From contig CAVXVB010000009.1 in the NCBI GenBank assembly GCA_963765205.1, positions 192,001 to 256,000 of the forward strand: a stretch of 64,000 nt of DNA. Direction: 5' to 3'. The position numbers and the translations under genes are program-made. Below are positions 1 through 11,400 of this stretch, piece after piece. Below the pieces are notes generated by a model that did no database searches, was not told the DNA's origin, and worked only from the letters and a program-made list of their open reading frames with translations. The stretch comes from an uncultured Verrucomicrobiae bacterium. GTDB lineage: Bacteria > Verrucomicrobiota > Verrucomicrobiia > Opitutales > JABDGR01. Position 1 is the first letter of the stretch, and every line of letters starts with the position of its first letter.

Positions 1-2
1 AT

Positions 3-644
3 TTTGTTTATTGCGCCAAGACGCCGCGCGACATCATCTTCCGCCGGGAACTTGATGACCTGCAAAAACGTTTTCCCAACCTGCGGCTCGTGGTGACGCT
101 TACCCGGGCTGAAGGCCACGAGTGGGCGGGATCAACAGGGCGCATCACAGGTGGATTCTTGAAGCAAGCCATCCCCGACCTCGCCCGCCACCCGGTCTAC
201 ATTTGCGGGCCGGCCGCCATGATGGAGCCGACCATTAAATTGCTGCGCGAGTTGGGCGTGCCGGGCGACCAAATCAAGTCGGAAGCATTCGTCGCCGCGA
301 AACGCGCGGAAACCGCCGCGCCTGATACCGCCTCGCGGGCAACCGGCGAGTCCGTGTCGCCTCCGCCGACGGGTGACGGGACCAGTCCGGTCTTGACTTT
401 AAGGCGCTCCAACAAATCCCTTCCCCTGGAGCCGGACAAAACGCTGCTCGAAATATGCGAAGCCTCCGGCGTCAACATCGACTTCGAGTGCCGGTCCGGC
501 ATTTGCGGCCGGTGCAAAACGAAGCTCTTGGCTGGCTGCGTGACGATGGAGGTGCAGGACGCCCTCGACGATGCGGACCAGTCGAACAACATCATTTTGC
601 TCTGCCAGGCCAAAGCTGTCGAAGACGTGACCATTGACGCCTGA
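3..644 (+). CDS. FAD/NAD-binding ferredoxin reductase-type oxidoreductase with C-terminal 2Fe-2S domain (5'-truncated by window edge)
   Basis: Frame open from base 3 (FVYCAKTPRDIIFRRELD...); YICGP motif; C-terminal CRSGICGRC...LLCQA 2Fe-2S signature. Confidence 0.85.
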   Translation, partial: FVYCAKTPRDIIFRRELDDLQKRFPNLRLVVTLTRAEGHEWAGSTGRITGGFLKQAIPDLARHPVYICGPAAMMEPTIKLLRELGVPGDQIKSEAFVAAKRAETAAPDTASRATGESVSPPPTGDGTSPVLTLRRSNKSLPLEPDKTLLEICEASGVNIDFECRSGICGRCKTKLLAGCVTMEVQDALDDADQSNNIILLCQAKAVEDVTIDA

Positions 645-783
645 AGCCAGCCCTATCCGACTGGATGGGTTGCTCGGTGATCCAAATCGAAGGGCGGCGT
701 CAAACCCCTTCCGGGAGCTGGCGGAACTCCTTCGGAATTTCCAAATCCGAAATCCGGAAATCAAAAACGCCCCGCAGTGTCCT

Positions 784-3474
784 CTACCGCGCCACGTCGG
801 CAATGGGTTGCTTCAACATCGAATACACCGGGGGCGGCGCCAGCTCCAGTCCGTCTGTGATCGTGGTGGCGTGCGAGGGGATTTCCACCGTCGCGGACTT
901 GAGGCCGTCGCGCGTGGCAGTCAGCGTGATGGTGCCGGGGGTGGTTGTTGAGCGGATGGCCACGCGGTTAATCCCGCACTCGGTGTCGAGGTAGAGATTG
1001 TTGGTTGAATCAAGCTGGTCGCTGCAGAAGCCGCCGCGCCAGACGGCCGGACCGTCACACCTAAAGTCCACGCGCGCCTCATCAGTCGGGCAGCGGTTGC
1101 CGTCGGCGTCCACGACTTCAAAGTCCACCAGCACCACATCGGAGCCGTCGGCCTGCAGACCTTGCGGGCCGCTGTGTACGGTGAGTTTAATGGCGGCGGG
1201 CGGCCCGGCGGTCTTGAGTTCCTCTTGGGCGACGACCTGGCCGCCCTTGCTGGCCACGGCCTTGAGCGTACCTGGCTCGAAGGCGACATCGGGGAAGGCA
1301 TAGACGTAACCGGTGTAGCCCATCGTGCGGCCATTCGACGAATCCACCGGGCTGCAGGGGGTCTTTTGCACGCCGAGTGATTTACCGTTCAAGAACAATT
1401 CGACCTGGTCGCAAAGCGTCGCCGCGACATACATGGTCTTCTTTGTGCCCGCCGGATAGGTCCAGTGGCCGAGAATATAGATATCGGGCTGGGTGTTTTG
1501 CATCACGCGCGTGACATAAAACACCGTCTTGGGCAGGCGCACGCCGTCCACCTTGCCGCTGACCCGCAGGACTTCGCTGCCATCCTGGCGGCCGTCGGCG
1601 TCGGAATCCGAGAAGTAAATCGAGGCGTAGGCCGAGAACTTGGAGTGGGTGGGGTCGGAGTTATCAATGCGGTTGGACACGAAATTGGCATAACGCCCGG
1701 CGGCGGCGAGCGCGAAGGTCTCCGCGGTCCAATGGTAGGTGTCCTGGCCCGCCACGGGGTCACGGATGACCGGACCGCCTTTGGGCTTAAAGCCGAAGTG
1801 CGGCGGCGAAAAATCGTCCCAGATGCCGCGCGCCGCCTCGTCGCGGAAGTCCTCGGTTTCGATGATCGGGGCTTGGTCACGATCCGTTGGGCGGTAGGGC
1901 CCGCCGAGCATGACGCCGAAATACTCCGTGGCGGCGATGGCCCCGGGATCATTGATCGAGCGGGCCCCCATAATCCGGCCGCCGTGCGGGTCCCAAGTCT
2001 TGCGCAGATCCACCATCTGCTTCATCTGCTCCGCGGTGATACCGGTATTGCCCGCCTCCCAGAATAAGATGCTCGGGTTGTTGCGGAAGAAAATAATCGA
2101 ATCGCGCATGACCTCCGCGCGTTGGTCCCACTGGCGGCCGGTCACGTCTTTTTCCTTGTCGCCGGCGGGGCACACGATGGCGATGCCGAAGCGGTCGCAC
2201 GCCTCGACGTCGGCCCGCTGCGGGGCGACGTGCATCCAGCGAATGTAATTGCTGTTGCTGGCGCGCACTAGCGCCGCCGTGAAGTCGTGCATCCAGTCGG
2301 GATATGCCCCGCCGAGGCCCGGCCAGTCATTGGCCGAGCGTTGCGCGTAGCCGGTCAGCCACGCAAAATGGCCGTTGAGCCACACGCCCCCGGTGCCCGT
2401 GCCGCCTTTGTATTCGGCTTGGCGGAAGCCCGTCTGCGTCTTGCACACATCCACGATCGTGCCGTCCACACTCAGAATCGAATAAACGTCGTAGAGGTAG
2501 GGGCTGTCCAAGTCCCACAAATGCGCGTTGGCCAGGGTGCCGGTCGCGGTGAATACTTCGCTCTCGCCATCCACCAAATCGGAGGTGTTGCCTTCAAACT
2601 TGGCCCGCACCACCCCGTCGGCATCCACCACGACCGTCGAAAGCGTAATGTTGGCATGGTCGCCGGATTCATCGCGCACTTGGGCCTCGACCGTCACGTC
2701 CGTGGTTTTATTTTTCGCATCCACATGCTGGGGGTAGATATAAATGCCCGTGGTTTGGAGGCCTTCGTAAAGCGGCAGCGTCTGGTAAACTTTGCCTGTG
2801 ACGATAAGCTTGGCGTCGCGGTTGAGGCCGCCGAAATCGGGGTTGAAGTCCTTCGCATTCCACAAGAAGGGAGTGCCGGTGGCTTCTTCTTTGTAGGTGG
2901 TGCGGTTGTCCACTTGGACGGCCAGCACGTTGTCCTGGCCGCCGAATTTGACGAGCTTGCTAATGTCGTAGCCGACAGGCGTCACGCCGTTTTCATAAAG
3001 ACCGATTTGCTGGCCATTCAGAAAGAAACGACCGGCCTGGCGCAGGCCGTCGAATTCGAGAAAAATCTTTTGGCCGTCGGCGCTGGCGGGCAACTTGAAG
3101 TGCTTGCGATACCAGCCAACGCCCAACTTCTCGCTCTGGTCGCCCCCGCCGTGGCTGATATACGCCCGGTAGCTGTCCGTTTCATTCCACGTATGGGGCA
3201 GGCTGACGTTGGCCCACGCCGAGTCGTCGAAATTCGCCGCGTCGGCGCCATTCACGACCCCGCTCTGGTCATCAAACATGAATTTCCAGCCGGGGTTGAA
3301 ATTATAGACTGCACGTGCCGAGGCGGGCGGCGTGAATTTCGCGCCCACCGCGATGCTTTCCACGCTGAAAGGGGTTGCGGCCGTGGCGGTGCCGTGTCCG
3401 GCCAGCAGAGCCGCCAGCAAAGTCAGTGGCCGGGTAAAGAGGGGATGGTTGAAAAACGGGGTTTTAGCGTTCAT
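784..3474 (-). CDS. Secreted glycoside hydrolase family 2 (beta-galactosidase-like, DUF4982-type C-terminal Ig domains)
   Basis: Signal peptide; FNPGWKF, WANVSLPHTWN, GWYRKHF, LEFDG, FGGLNRD, RNNPSILFWEAGN motifs typical of GH2; start chosen at MNAKTPF. Confidence 0.85.
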   Translation of the reverse strand: MNAKTPFFNHPLFTRPLTLLAALLAGHGTATAATPFSVESIAVGAKFTPPASARAVYNFNPGWKFMFDDQSGVVNGADAANFDDSAWANVSLPHTWNETDSYRAYISHGGGDQSEKLGVGWYRKHFKLPASADGQKIFLEFDGLRQAGRFFLNGQQIGLYENGVTPVGYDISKLVKFGGQDNVLAVQVDNRTTYKEEATGTPFLWNAKDFNPDFGGLNRDAKLIVTGKVYQTLPLYEGLQTTGIYIYPQHVDAKNKTTDVTVEAQVRDESGDHANITLSTVVVDADGVVRAKFEGNTSDLVDGESEVFTATGTLANAHLWDLDSPYLYDVYSILSVDGTIVDVCKTQTGFRQAEYKGGTGTGGVWLNGHFAWLTGYAQRSANDWPGLGGAYPDWMHDFTAALVRASNSNYIRWMHVAPQRADVEACDRFGIAIVCPAGDKEKDVTGRQWDQRAEVMRDSIIFFRNNPSILFWEAGNTGITAEQMKQMVDLRKTWDPHGGRIMGARSINDPGAIAATEYFGVMLGGPYRPTDRDQAPIIETEDFRDEAARGIWDDFSPPHFGFKPKGGPVIRDPVAGQDTYHWTAETFALAAAGRYANFVSNRIDNSDPTHSKFSAYASIYFSDSDADGRQDGSEVLRVSGKVDGVRLPKTVFYVTRVMQNTQPDIYILGHWTYPAGTKKTMYVAATLCDQVELFLNGKSLGVQKTPCSPVDSSNGRTMGYTGYVYAFPDVAFEPGTLKAVASKGGQVVAQEELKTAGPPAAIKLTVHSGPQGLQADGSDVVLVDFEVVDADGNRCPTDEARVDFRCDGPAVWRGGFCSDQLDSTNNLYLDTECGINRVAIRSTTTPGTITLTATRDGLKSATVEIPSHATTITDGLELAPPPVYSMLKQPIADVAR

Positions 3475-3712
3475 GGGGTGGGGGACGAATGGGTTTAAGG
3501 TGGGCGCAAAAGGGGGAAAATGCAAATGCAAACACCGAGATAGACAAAGGGCGGCTTGCGCACAAGAGTTTAGTTACGTAAATGAAGACATATTTGCGCA
3601 AAACACCTCACGCCAGGACTTTTGCCATGACAAACCCTTCATCCTAAGCTTGCGCTGGGTTGATTCGGCTGCAAACTTTGCCGTTTCCCCATTTCCCTAC
3701 TTTGTCCTGATT

Positions 3713-4408
3713 ATGAACCCATTGAATACAACTTATTCCCAACCCGCGCCCGCCGGTCCCTCCTTGCGGCGTTTTTTCGCTCTCTTTGCCTGTGCGGCCT
3801 CTCTCGCCCTGGCGGCGTCCGCGTGCTCGAAGGAGAATGCTCCCGCTTCCCCCGCGTCACCCGCCCCGGTGTCCACCCCGGTCGCTCCGGCGGCCGCTGC
3901 GTCCATCCCAGCGACCACGCCGCCCACTTCGGCCAATGTGATTGTCACCTTGGAAACGAACCAAGGCGTCATCAAGCTGAAGCTTTTCCCCGAGGTCGCG
4001 CCCAAAACGTGCGAAAATTTTGTCGGCCTAATTCAAAAAGGTTACTACGACGGACTCATCTTCCATCGGGTCATCGCCGATTTCATGATACAAGGCGGCG
4101 ACCCGACCGGCACGGGCATGGGCGGCACTTCCATTTGGGGGAAGGTCTTCGACAACGAGGTGCGGCCCGATGTGACCTTCGACGCCAAAGGCAAGCTCGC
4201 CATGGCCAATGCGGGCCCGAACACCAACGGCAGCCAGTTTTTCATCACCACTGCCGCTTACCCGAGTTTAAATATGCACTATTCGCTTTTTGGCGAAGTC
4301 ATCAGCGGCCAGGACGTGGTGGACAAAATTGACCATGTCAAAACCGGCCCCGACGACCGCCCATTGGAAAAGCAATATATTATTCACGCCACCGTGGGCC
4401 AAAATTAG
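3713..4408 (+). CDS. Cyclophilin-type peptidyl-prolyl cis-trans isomerase, probable lipoprotein
   Basis: APKTCENF, FHRVIADFMIQGGDPTGTG, LAMANAGPNTNGSQFFIT; lipobox-like ASAC followed by Pro/Ala linker. Confidence 0.92.
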   Translation: MNPLNTTYSQPAPAGPSLRRFFALFACAASLALAASACSKENAPASPASPAPVSTPVAPAAAASIPATTPPTSANVIVTLETNQGVIKLKLFPEVAPKTCENFVGLIQKGYYDGLIFHRVIADFMIQGGDPTGTGMGGTSIWGKVFDNEVRPDVTFDAKGKLAMANAGPNTNGSQFFITTAAYPSLNMHYSLFGEVISGQDVVDKIDHVKTGPDDRPLEKQYIIHATVGQN

Positions 4409-4429
4409 GCAAAGATAAAATACCGTCCC

Positions 4430-5062
4430 ATGAAACTCAAGAAGCCCATCTTGATTTTACTGGCTGTCGCCATCGCGGGAGTCGTCATTTGGTTTTTTAT
4501 GCGGTCCCCGCAGCATCCGGCGACGGCCCCCCGTCCTGTTTCTTTGACGCCCCCCCCTGTGGCATCGCCGCAGGTCGCCCCGCCGATAATTGCCCCTTTG
4601 CTCACTCCGCCCACGCCAAGTCTCGGTGCTCCCCAACTCACTGTCACGCAACCTGTGGCCGCTTTGCCCGCCGTGCCAATTGGCGACCTCCAAACCGATT
4701 TGAAAGCCGTTATCTCGGACATTGCGCGTTTGTGGCGGGCGGGCAAGCGGGCGCAGATGTATCAAACTTACAGCGCGCCGGGCAAAATGGACCCCGTGAT
4801 TCTCAAGGCACTCACCCAAATCGAAGAGGCGTCGGCCGGGCAGCCACTAACCCCCCAAAAACAACTCATTTATGAAAAGTATGCCCAGTGTTACGATGCC
4901 CTCGAAGGCCTGGCCCCCACTTATAATGCCGTCGGCGACGAGGCCACCTACCCATTCACGAGACTCGGATTTGTGGGTGGAGTCGATCAGGCAAGCCAAA
5001 GCAGCATCACTTTTGTCAAAGTCAATGGCAAATGGTATATTAAGCCATTGCCAGGGAACTGA
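4430..5062 (+). CDS. Hypothetical membrane-anchored protein (N-terminal TM, Pro-rich linker, C-terminal FVKVNGKWYI suggestive of NTF2-like fold)
   Basis: 210-aa ORF directly after the PPIase; hydrophobic N-terminus. Confidence 0.7.
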   Translation: MKLKKPILILLAVAIAGVVIWFFMRSPQHPATAPRPVSLTPPPVASPQVAPPIIAPLLTPPTPSLGAPQLTVTQPVAALPAVPIGDLQTDLKAVISDIARLWRAGKRAQMYQTYSAPGKMDPVILKALTQIEEASAGQPLTPQKQLIYEKYAQCYDALEGLAPTYNAVGDEATYPFTRLGFVGGVDQASQSSITFVKVNGKWYIKPLPGN

Positions 5063-5475
5063 TTGAGTCGGGGGTGCCTTCCCGATAATCCCTGATAAAT
5101 TACGATGAGCACGGATGGGTGGTAAAAAATCTGCGATAAACGTTTGGGAAATGGCGCTTATTTGACTCCGGTAGTTGTTACAGGTGCTTTTTTGAGCATG
5201 CCAATTTTCTGTATATCTCACCGTTTAGGGTGTTTTTGGGGAGTTAAGCTTTGTGAATTGCCGGGGGGCAGAACGCGGCAACTTTTCCATTTTAGGAGGC
5301 GCAATTGAGTCTGAAATCGGCCATTTTGGGTGGTGAATAACTGTCCGGGGCTTAGCTCTTCATTTTTTAGCAAATTAGGGTGGAATTCTCTTGTGTAATA
5401 ATGTCAAAAGTGTTTCATTCCGGGCGTTTGCCTTTAGCTCATTTTCAAATCCGCTCCACAATTAATTAAATTCCC

Positions 5476-8400
5476 ATGAATAGCTCATTGGTTCTTCACC
5501 GCCTTGCTTGCTGGAAAACTGCCGGAAAAAACTTGCTGCTCGGTGCGGCCCTCTTGCTCCCGGTTTTGGCCCGCGCGCAAGTTCCCGTGCAAACCGGCGG
5601 CAGTATGTCGGTCAATGGCGGTGGTGGCGTCATTAACGGCGACGGCCAATCAGGCTACTTCGTGCAGGCCGGCAGCTTGTCCATCAGCAATGCTACGCTG
5701 GCCAATTTCAATTCGACCGGCGGCAACGGCAGCGGCGGCGGCGCGGGGCTGGGTGGCGCGCTGTTCATCAACAACGGCGGCACCGTTACGCTGAATAACG
5801 TCAATTTCATCTCCGATACGGCCCAAGGCGGCGCGGGCGGCGTCGGCAATGTGGGTGGTTCGCTGAATAATCTGTTCAACAACGGCACGGTGCCCGCGCC
5901 TGCGGCCAGTGGCACCACCCCCACGCAGATATCTTTCACGGATATTGGCGGCACCACCGGTACGGTGGGCCTCAACGGCGCGATCAATTCCTCAGGCGTC
6001 GGCGGCGCTGGCGGCATGGGCGGCAATGGCGGTGCCGGCGGCACCATGAGTACAACGCTGATTTTGTCCGTGACGACCGCGAGCTTGGCACTGGCGGCCG
6101 ATGTGGCGGCAGCGGTGGCTGACTACGCCGACCCTTTTACCTGGCCCCGCACAATTGGTGACACTTTGATTCTCGCCGCTGACGCGGTCGATCTCGCCAA
6201 CCAGGTTACCGCGCTGACCGACTTCGACCAATCCCTCGCCGACGGCCAGATCGGATTGGGCGGCCCGGGCGGCAACGGCGGCAGTGGCGGCATCGGCAGC
6301 GATTTCAATGGTGGTGGCGCGGGTGGCGCGGGCGGGACGGGCGGTGCGGGAGGTTACAACTGGAGTGGCTCCGCCTTCCAAGGCGGCGCCGCGGGTGGTC
6401 CTGGTGGTCCTGGCGGTGCGGGTGGCTTGGGCGGTTTTGGCGCCGGCGGCGGTGTGGGCGGCGCCGGCGGCGTGGGTGGCACGGGCGCCAATTTCACCGG
6501 TTCCCCCGCTATGCCCGCAACGCCTGCGGTCACCATGAATGAAACAACACCCAATTCCTATACCTTGGGCTACATTGACCCGACGACCGGAAACTTTACC
6601 AACATCCAAACTGGACTCAGTTCGGAAGGTTCGATCAGTGGCAACGTCACGCTGAACAACCTGACCATCACCAACAGCAGTGTCGTCTCGGCCTCCGGCC
6701 AGAGCGTAACGGCCGGTGATGGCGGCAACTACACCCTGCAAAATGGCACGGTGGTTCAGCAATACTATGTCTTCATTCCCTCGGTTACATCCACCATCAT
6801 AACCACCCCGGCCATGCCGGCGATTCCCGCCACCGGCCCGGGCCAGGCTGACAATGGCGCCAATGGCACTGGCGGCGCGGGTGGCCTCAGCAGTTTTGGC
6901 GGAGGCACCGGCGCCGCAGGCGCCTCTCCGGGCAATTTATCTTTGGGCGGCAATGGCGGCAATGCGGACGGTGGCGCCATCTTTCTGCGCGCCGGCGGTT
7001 CCCTGACCATCACGGGCAATGCCGTTTTCGATAATAACCAACTCATCGGCGGCCAAGGGCAGGCGGCGGTCGCGGGTTCGGTCCTCGCCGGCAGTGCTGG
7101 GACCACCGCGGGAACCGACCTGTTTATGATGACTGGCTCAAATGTCACGCTCAATCCCGGCCCGGGCAATGTCATCGTGTTTGACGGCAGTTCCGAAGGC
7201 AGTGCCATTGCCGACGACAGCGCAGCCAATGGCCCCTCCACCATTCCCGCCGGCCAGGGCGCGGGCCTGACGGTGGCCAGTGGCCTGGTCATCTTCAACG
7301 GCGTGGACACCTACACGGGCGAAACGAAAATTTTAGGCGGTGTTCTTCAAGCCCAGGATGATTCGGGCATTGATTTCGAAAGCCGCATCAACCTGGCCGG
7401 CGGCCAGCTTCAATCCAACGGTAATTTCACCCGTTATCTCGGCACGAGCAGCACGGATGTCGAGTTCACGGCTTCCGGCGGCTTTGCCGCCGCCGGCGGC
7501 AATTTGACGGTTACCTTGGGCAATGGCCAAACGCCTAACCTGACTTGGGGCCAGGGCAATTTTGTACCCCTCGGCAGTGACTTGCTCTTCGGCTCCACCA
7601 GCGCGGATAGCACCGTCTTCTTCGAGAACAATATCAACCTGGGCGGTGCCACCGACACGATTTTGGTGACGGACAACGGGAATTTCACCGACCCGGCGCA
7701 GATTGACGGCAACATCTCGAACGGCAACCTGACAGTCAATGACGCCTCGCATGATGGCATCCTCATTTTGAACGGAACCAACACCTACACGGGCGACACG
7801 GACATCTATAATGGCACGCTGCGGCTGGGCATCAATGGCTCGATTGCCTCGGGCAGCAATTTGACGGTGGATGGCGCGACGGCGACCTTTGACCTCGGGG
7901 GGAACCACAGTGACACCGTCGGCACGGTGACGTTGGAGGGTGGCGGTAACATCACCGGCACCGGCACCTCGGCGCTGACCAGCACGACCGCCTTCAATCT
8001 GATGAGCGGCACCGTGACGGCCATCCTCGCGGGCTCCGGTATTCCCTTGAACAAGACGACGGGCGGCTTGGTGACGCTCGACAGTGTGAACACCTACACC
8101 GGCGCCACCACCATTTCCGACGGAACTTTGGCCCTGGCCGTGAACAATGCGATCGCCAATGGCAGCAGCGTGACCGTGACGGGCACGTCTTCAGAGTTGG
8201 ACCTGGGCAACACCACCGACACCGTGGGCACCGTGACGCTCGAATCCGGCGGCCTCATCAACGGGACGAGCAACTCGGCGCTGAGCAGCACGACCGCCTT
8301 CGATTTGATGAATGGCACGGTCACGGCGGTTCTCGCCGGCACCTCTCCCTTGAACAAAACCACCGGCGACACGGTGACGCTCTCCGCCGTCAACACCTAC

Positions 8401-11400
8401 ACCGGCTTGACGAACATTACGGCGGGCACGCTGCTGTTGACGGTCAATAATGCGATTGCCAACGGCAGCAACGTCACGGTCAACGGCACCACTGCGGAGT
8501 TGGACTTGGGCAGCACCACGGACACCGTCGGCATTGTTACCCTCCAAAACGGCGGCCTCATCAACGGCACGAGCAGTTCGGCCCTGAATAGCACGACCGC
8601 CTTCGATCTGATGAACGGCACCGTCACGGCCGTTCTCACCGGCACCTCCCCTGTGAATAAAACCACTGGTGCCACGGTGACGCTTTCTGCCGTCAATACC
8701 TATACCGGCTTGACGAACATCACGGCGGGTACGCTGTTGTTGACCGTGAATAACGCCATTGCCAACGGCAGCAACGTCACGGTCAACGGCACGACGGCGG
8801 AGTTGGACCTCGGCAGTCAGGCCGACACCGTGGGCGTCGTCACCCTGCAAAATGGCGGCCTCATCAACGGTACCGCCAGCTCCAATCTGACCAGCACGAC
8901 CGCCTTCGATCTGATGAACGGCACGGTCACGGCGGTTCTGGAGGGCAGCGGCATTCCCTTGAACAAAACCACCAACGCCACCGTGACCCTGTCCGCCGCG
9001 AACACTTACACCGGGCTGACCAACATTTCGGCTGGCACGCTGTTGCTGACCGTGAATAACGCGATCGCCAACGGCAGCAACGTCACGGTTAACGGCACGA
9101 CGGCGGAGTTGGACCTCGGCAGCCAAGTCGACACGGTGGGGATCGTCACCCTGCAAAACGGCGGCTTGATCAACGGCACCTCCAGCTCGAATCTAACCAG
9201 CACGACCGAATTCGATGTGATGAGCGGCAATGTTACCGCCGTCCTGGCGGGCAGCGGCATTCCCTTGAACAAGACGACCAATGGCACGGTGATTCTTTCC
9301 GGATCGAACACGTACACGGGCAACACCACGGTGACGGCGGGCACGCTCCAGGAAAGCGCGACGGGCTTCATTTCGGACAGCAGCAATCTCACCGTCAACG
9401 GCACCACTGCAGTCTTCGAACTCGGGGCCAACCACAGCGACACGGTGGGAATTGTGACGCTCGACGGCAATGGCACCATTGACGGCAACGGCACCTCGGC
9501 GCTGACCAGCACGACCGAATATGAAATGATGAATGGCACGGTTAACGCCATTATCGCCAGTGGCGGCAGTGTGCCTTTGAACAAGTTCACCAACGGCACG
9601 GTGACGCTCACGGCCACGAACACTTACACCGGCCTGACCAACATCACGGCGGGCACGCTCTTTTTGAGCACCACCGGCTCGATTGCGAGCGGCAGCAACG
9701 TGACGATCAACGGCACCACGGCGGCCCTCGACCTCGGCGCCAACCACTCGCTCGACACCGTCGGAAACGTGATCCTCGAGGGCGACGGCTTCATTAACGG
9801 CTCCGGCAGTTCGGCCCTGAGCAGCACGACTGGCTTTCAAGTGATGAACGGAACCGTCAATGCCATCCTCTCCGACGACGGTCCAGTGCCCTTGAACAAG
9901 ACGACCACCGCCACGGTCACGCTGTCGGGCATTAACACTTACACCGGCTTGACCAACATTACCGCCGGCACGCTGTTGTTAAGCAGCACCGGCTCGATTG
10001 CGAGCGGCAGCAACGTGACGATTAACGGCACCACAGCGGTGTTGGACCTCGGGGCCAATCATACGCTCGATACAGTCGGAATCGTGACCTTGCAAAACGG
10101 TGGCTTCATCAATGGCACGGGCGGTTCGGATCTCAGCAGCACGACGGCCTTCAATCTCATGAACGGCACGGTCAACGCCATTTTGGCGGGCAATGGCAGC
10201 ATCCCGTTAAACAAAACGACCACGGCGACCGTGACGCTTTCCGGCGTGAACACCTACACCGGGTTGACCAACATCACGGCGGGCACACTGCTGTTGAGCA
10301 GCACCGGCTCGATTGCCAATGGCAGTAATGTGACGGTCAACGGCACGGCTACCTTGGACCTCGGGGCCAACCACACGACCGACACGGTGGGAATCGTCAC
10401 TCTTCAAAACGGCGGGTTTATCAACGGCACGGGCAGTTCCGCACTCAGCAGCACGACGAGCTTCGAGTTGATGAACGGCACGGTCAACGCCATCTTGGCG
10501 GGCAGCGGCATTCCGCTCGATAAGACCACCACCGCCACGGTGACGCTGAACGGCATCAACACTTATACGGGACAGACCAACATCACGGCGGGCACGCTGC
10601 TGTTGGGTAGCACCGGCTCGATTGCCAATGGCAGCAACGTGACGGTCAATGGCACGGCGACGTTGGATCTCGGCGCCAACCATACGACCGACACGGTCGG
10701 AATCGTCACCCTCCAAAATGGCGGCTTTATCAATGGCACGGGCAGTTCGGCGTTGGGTAGCACCACCGAATTCGACCTGATGAACGGCACGGTCAACGCC
10801 ATCCTGACCGGCAATGCCATCCCTTTGAATAAGACCACCACCGCGACAGTGACGCTCTCCGGCATCAATACCTATACCGGTCTCACCAACATCACGGCGG
10901 GCACACTGTTCCTGAGCAGCACCGGGTCGATTGCGAACGGCAGCAACGTAACAGTCAACGGCACGGCGACCTTGGATCTCGGGGCCAATCACACCACGGA
11001 CACGGTTGGTGTTGTCACCCTCCAAAACGGCGGGTTCATCAACGGCACGGGCAGTTCGGCGCTCAGCAGCACGACCAGCTTCGAGTTGATGAACGGCACG
11101 GTCAACGCCATCCTCACCGGTAATGCCATCCCGCTGGACAAGACGACCACCGCCACAGTAACGCTTTCCGGCGTCAATACTTACACGGGCCTGACCAACA
11201 TCACCGCCGGCACGCTGTTGTTGAGCAGCACCGGTTCGATCGCCAACGGCAGCAACGTGACCGTCAACGGTTCGAACGCGACCTTCAGCCTCGGCGCCAA
11301 CCACACCACGGACACGGTGGGGATCGTCACCCTTGAGAACGGTGGCTTTATCAATGGCACGGGCAGTTCGGCGCTCGCCAGCACGACCGCCTTCAACCTC

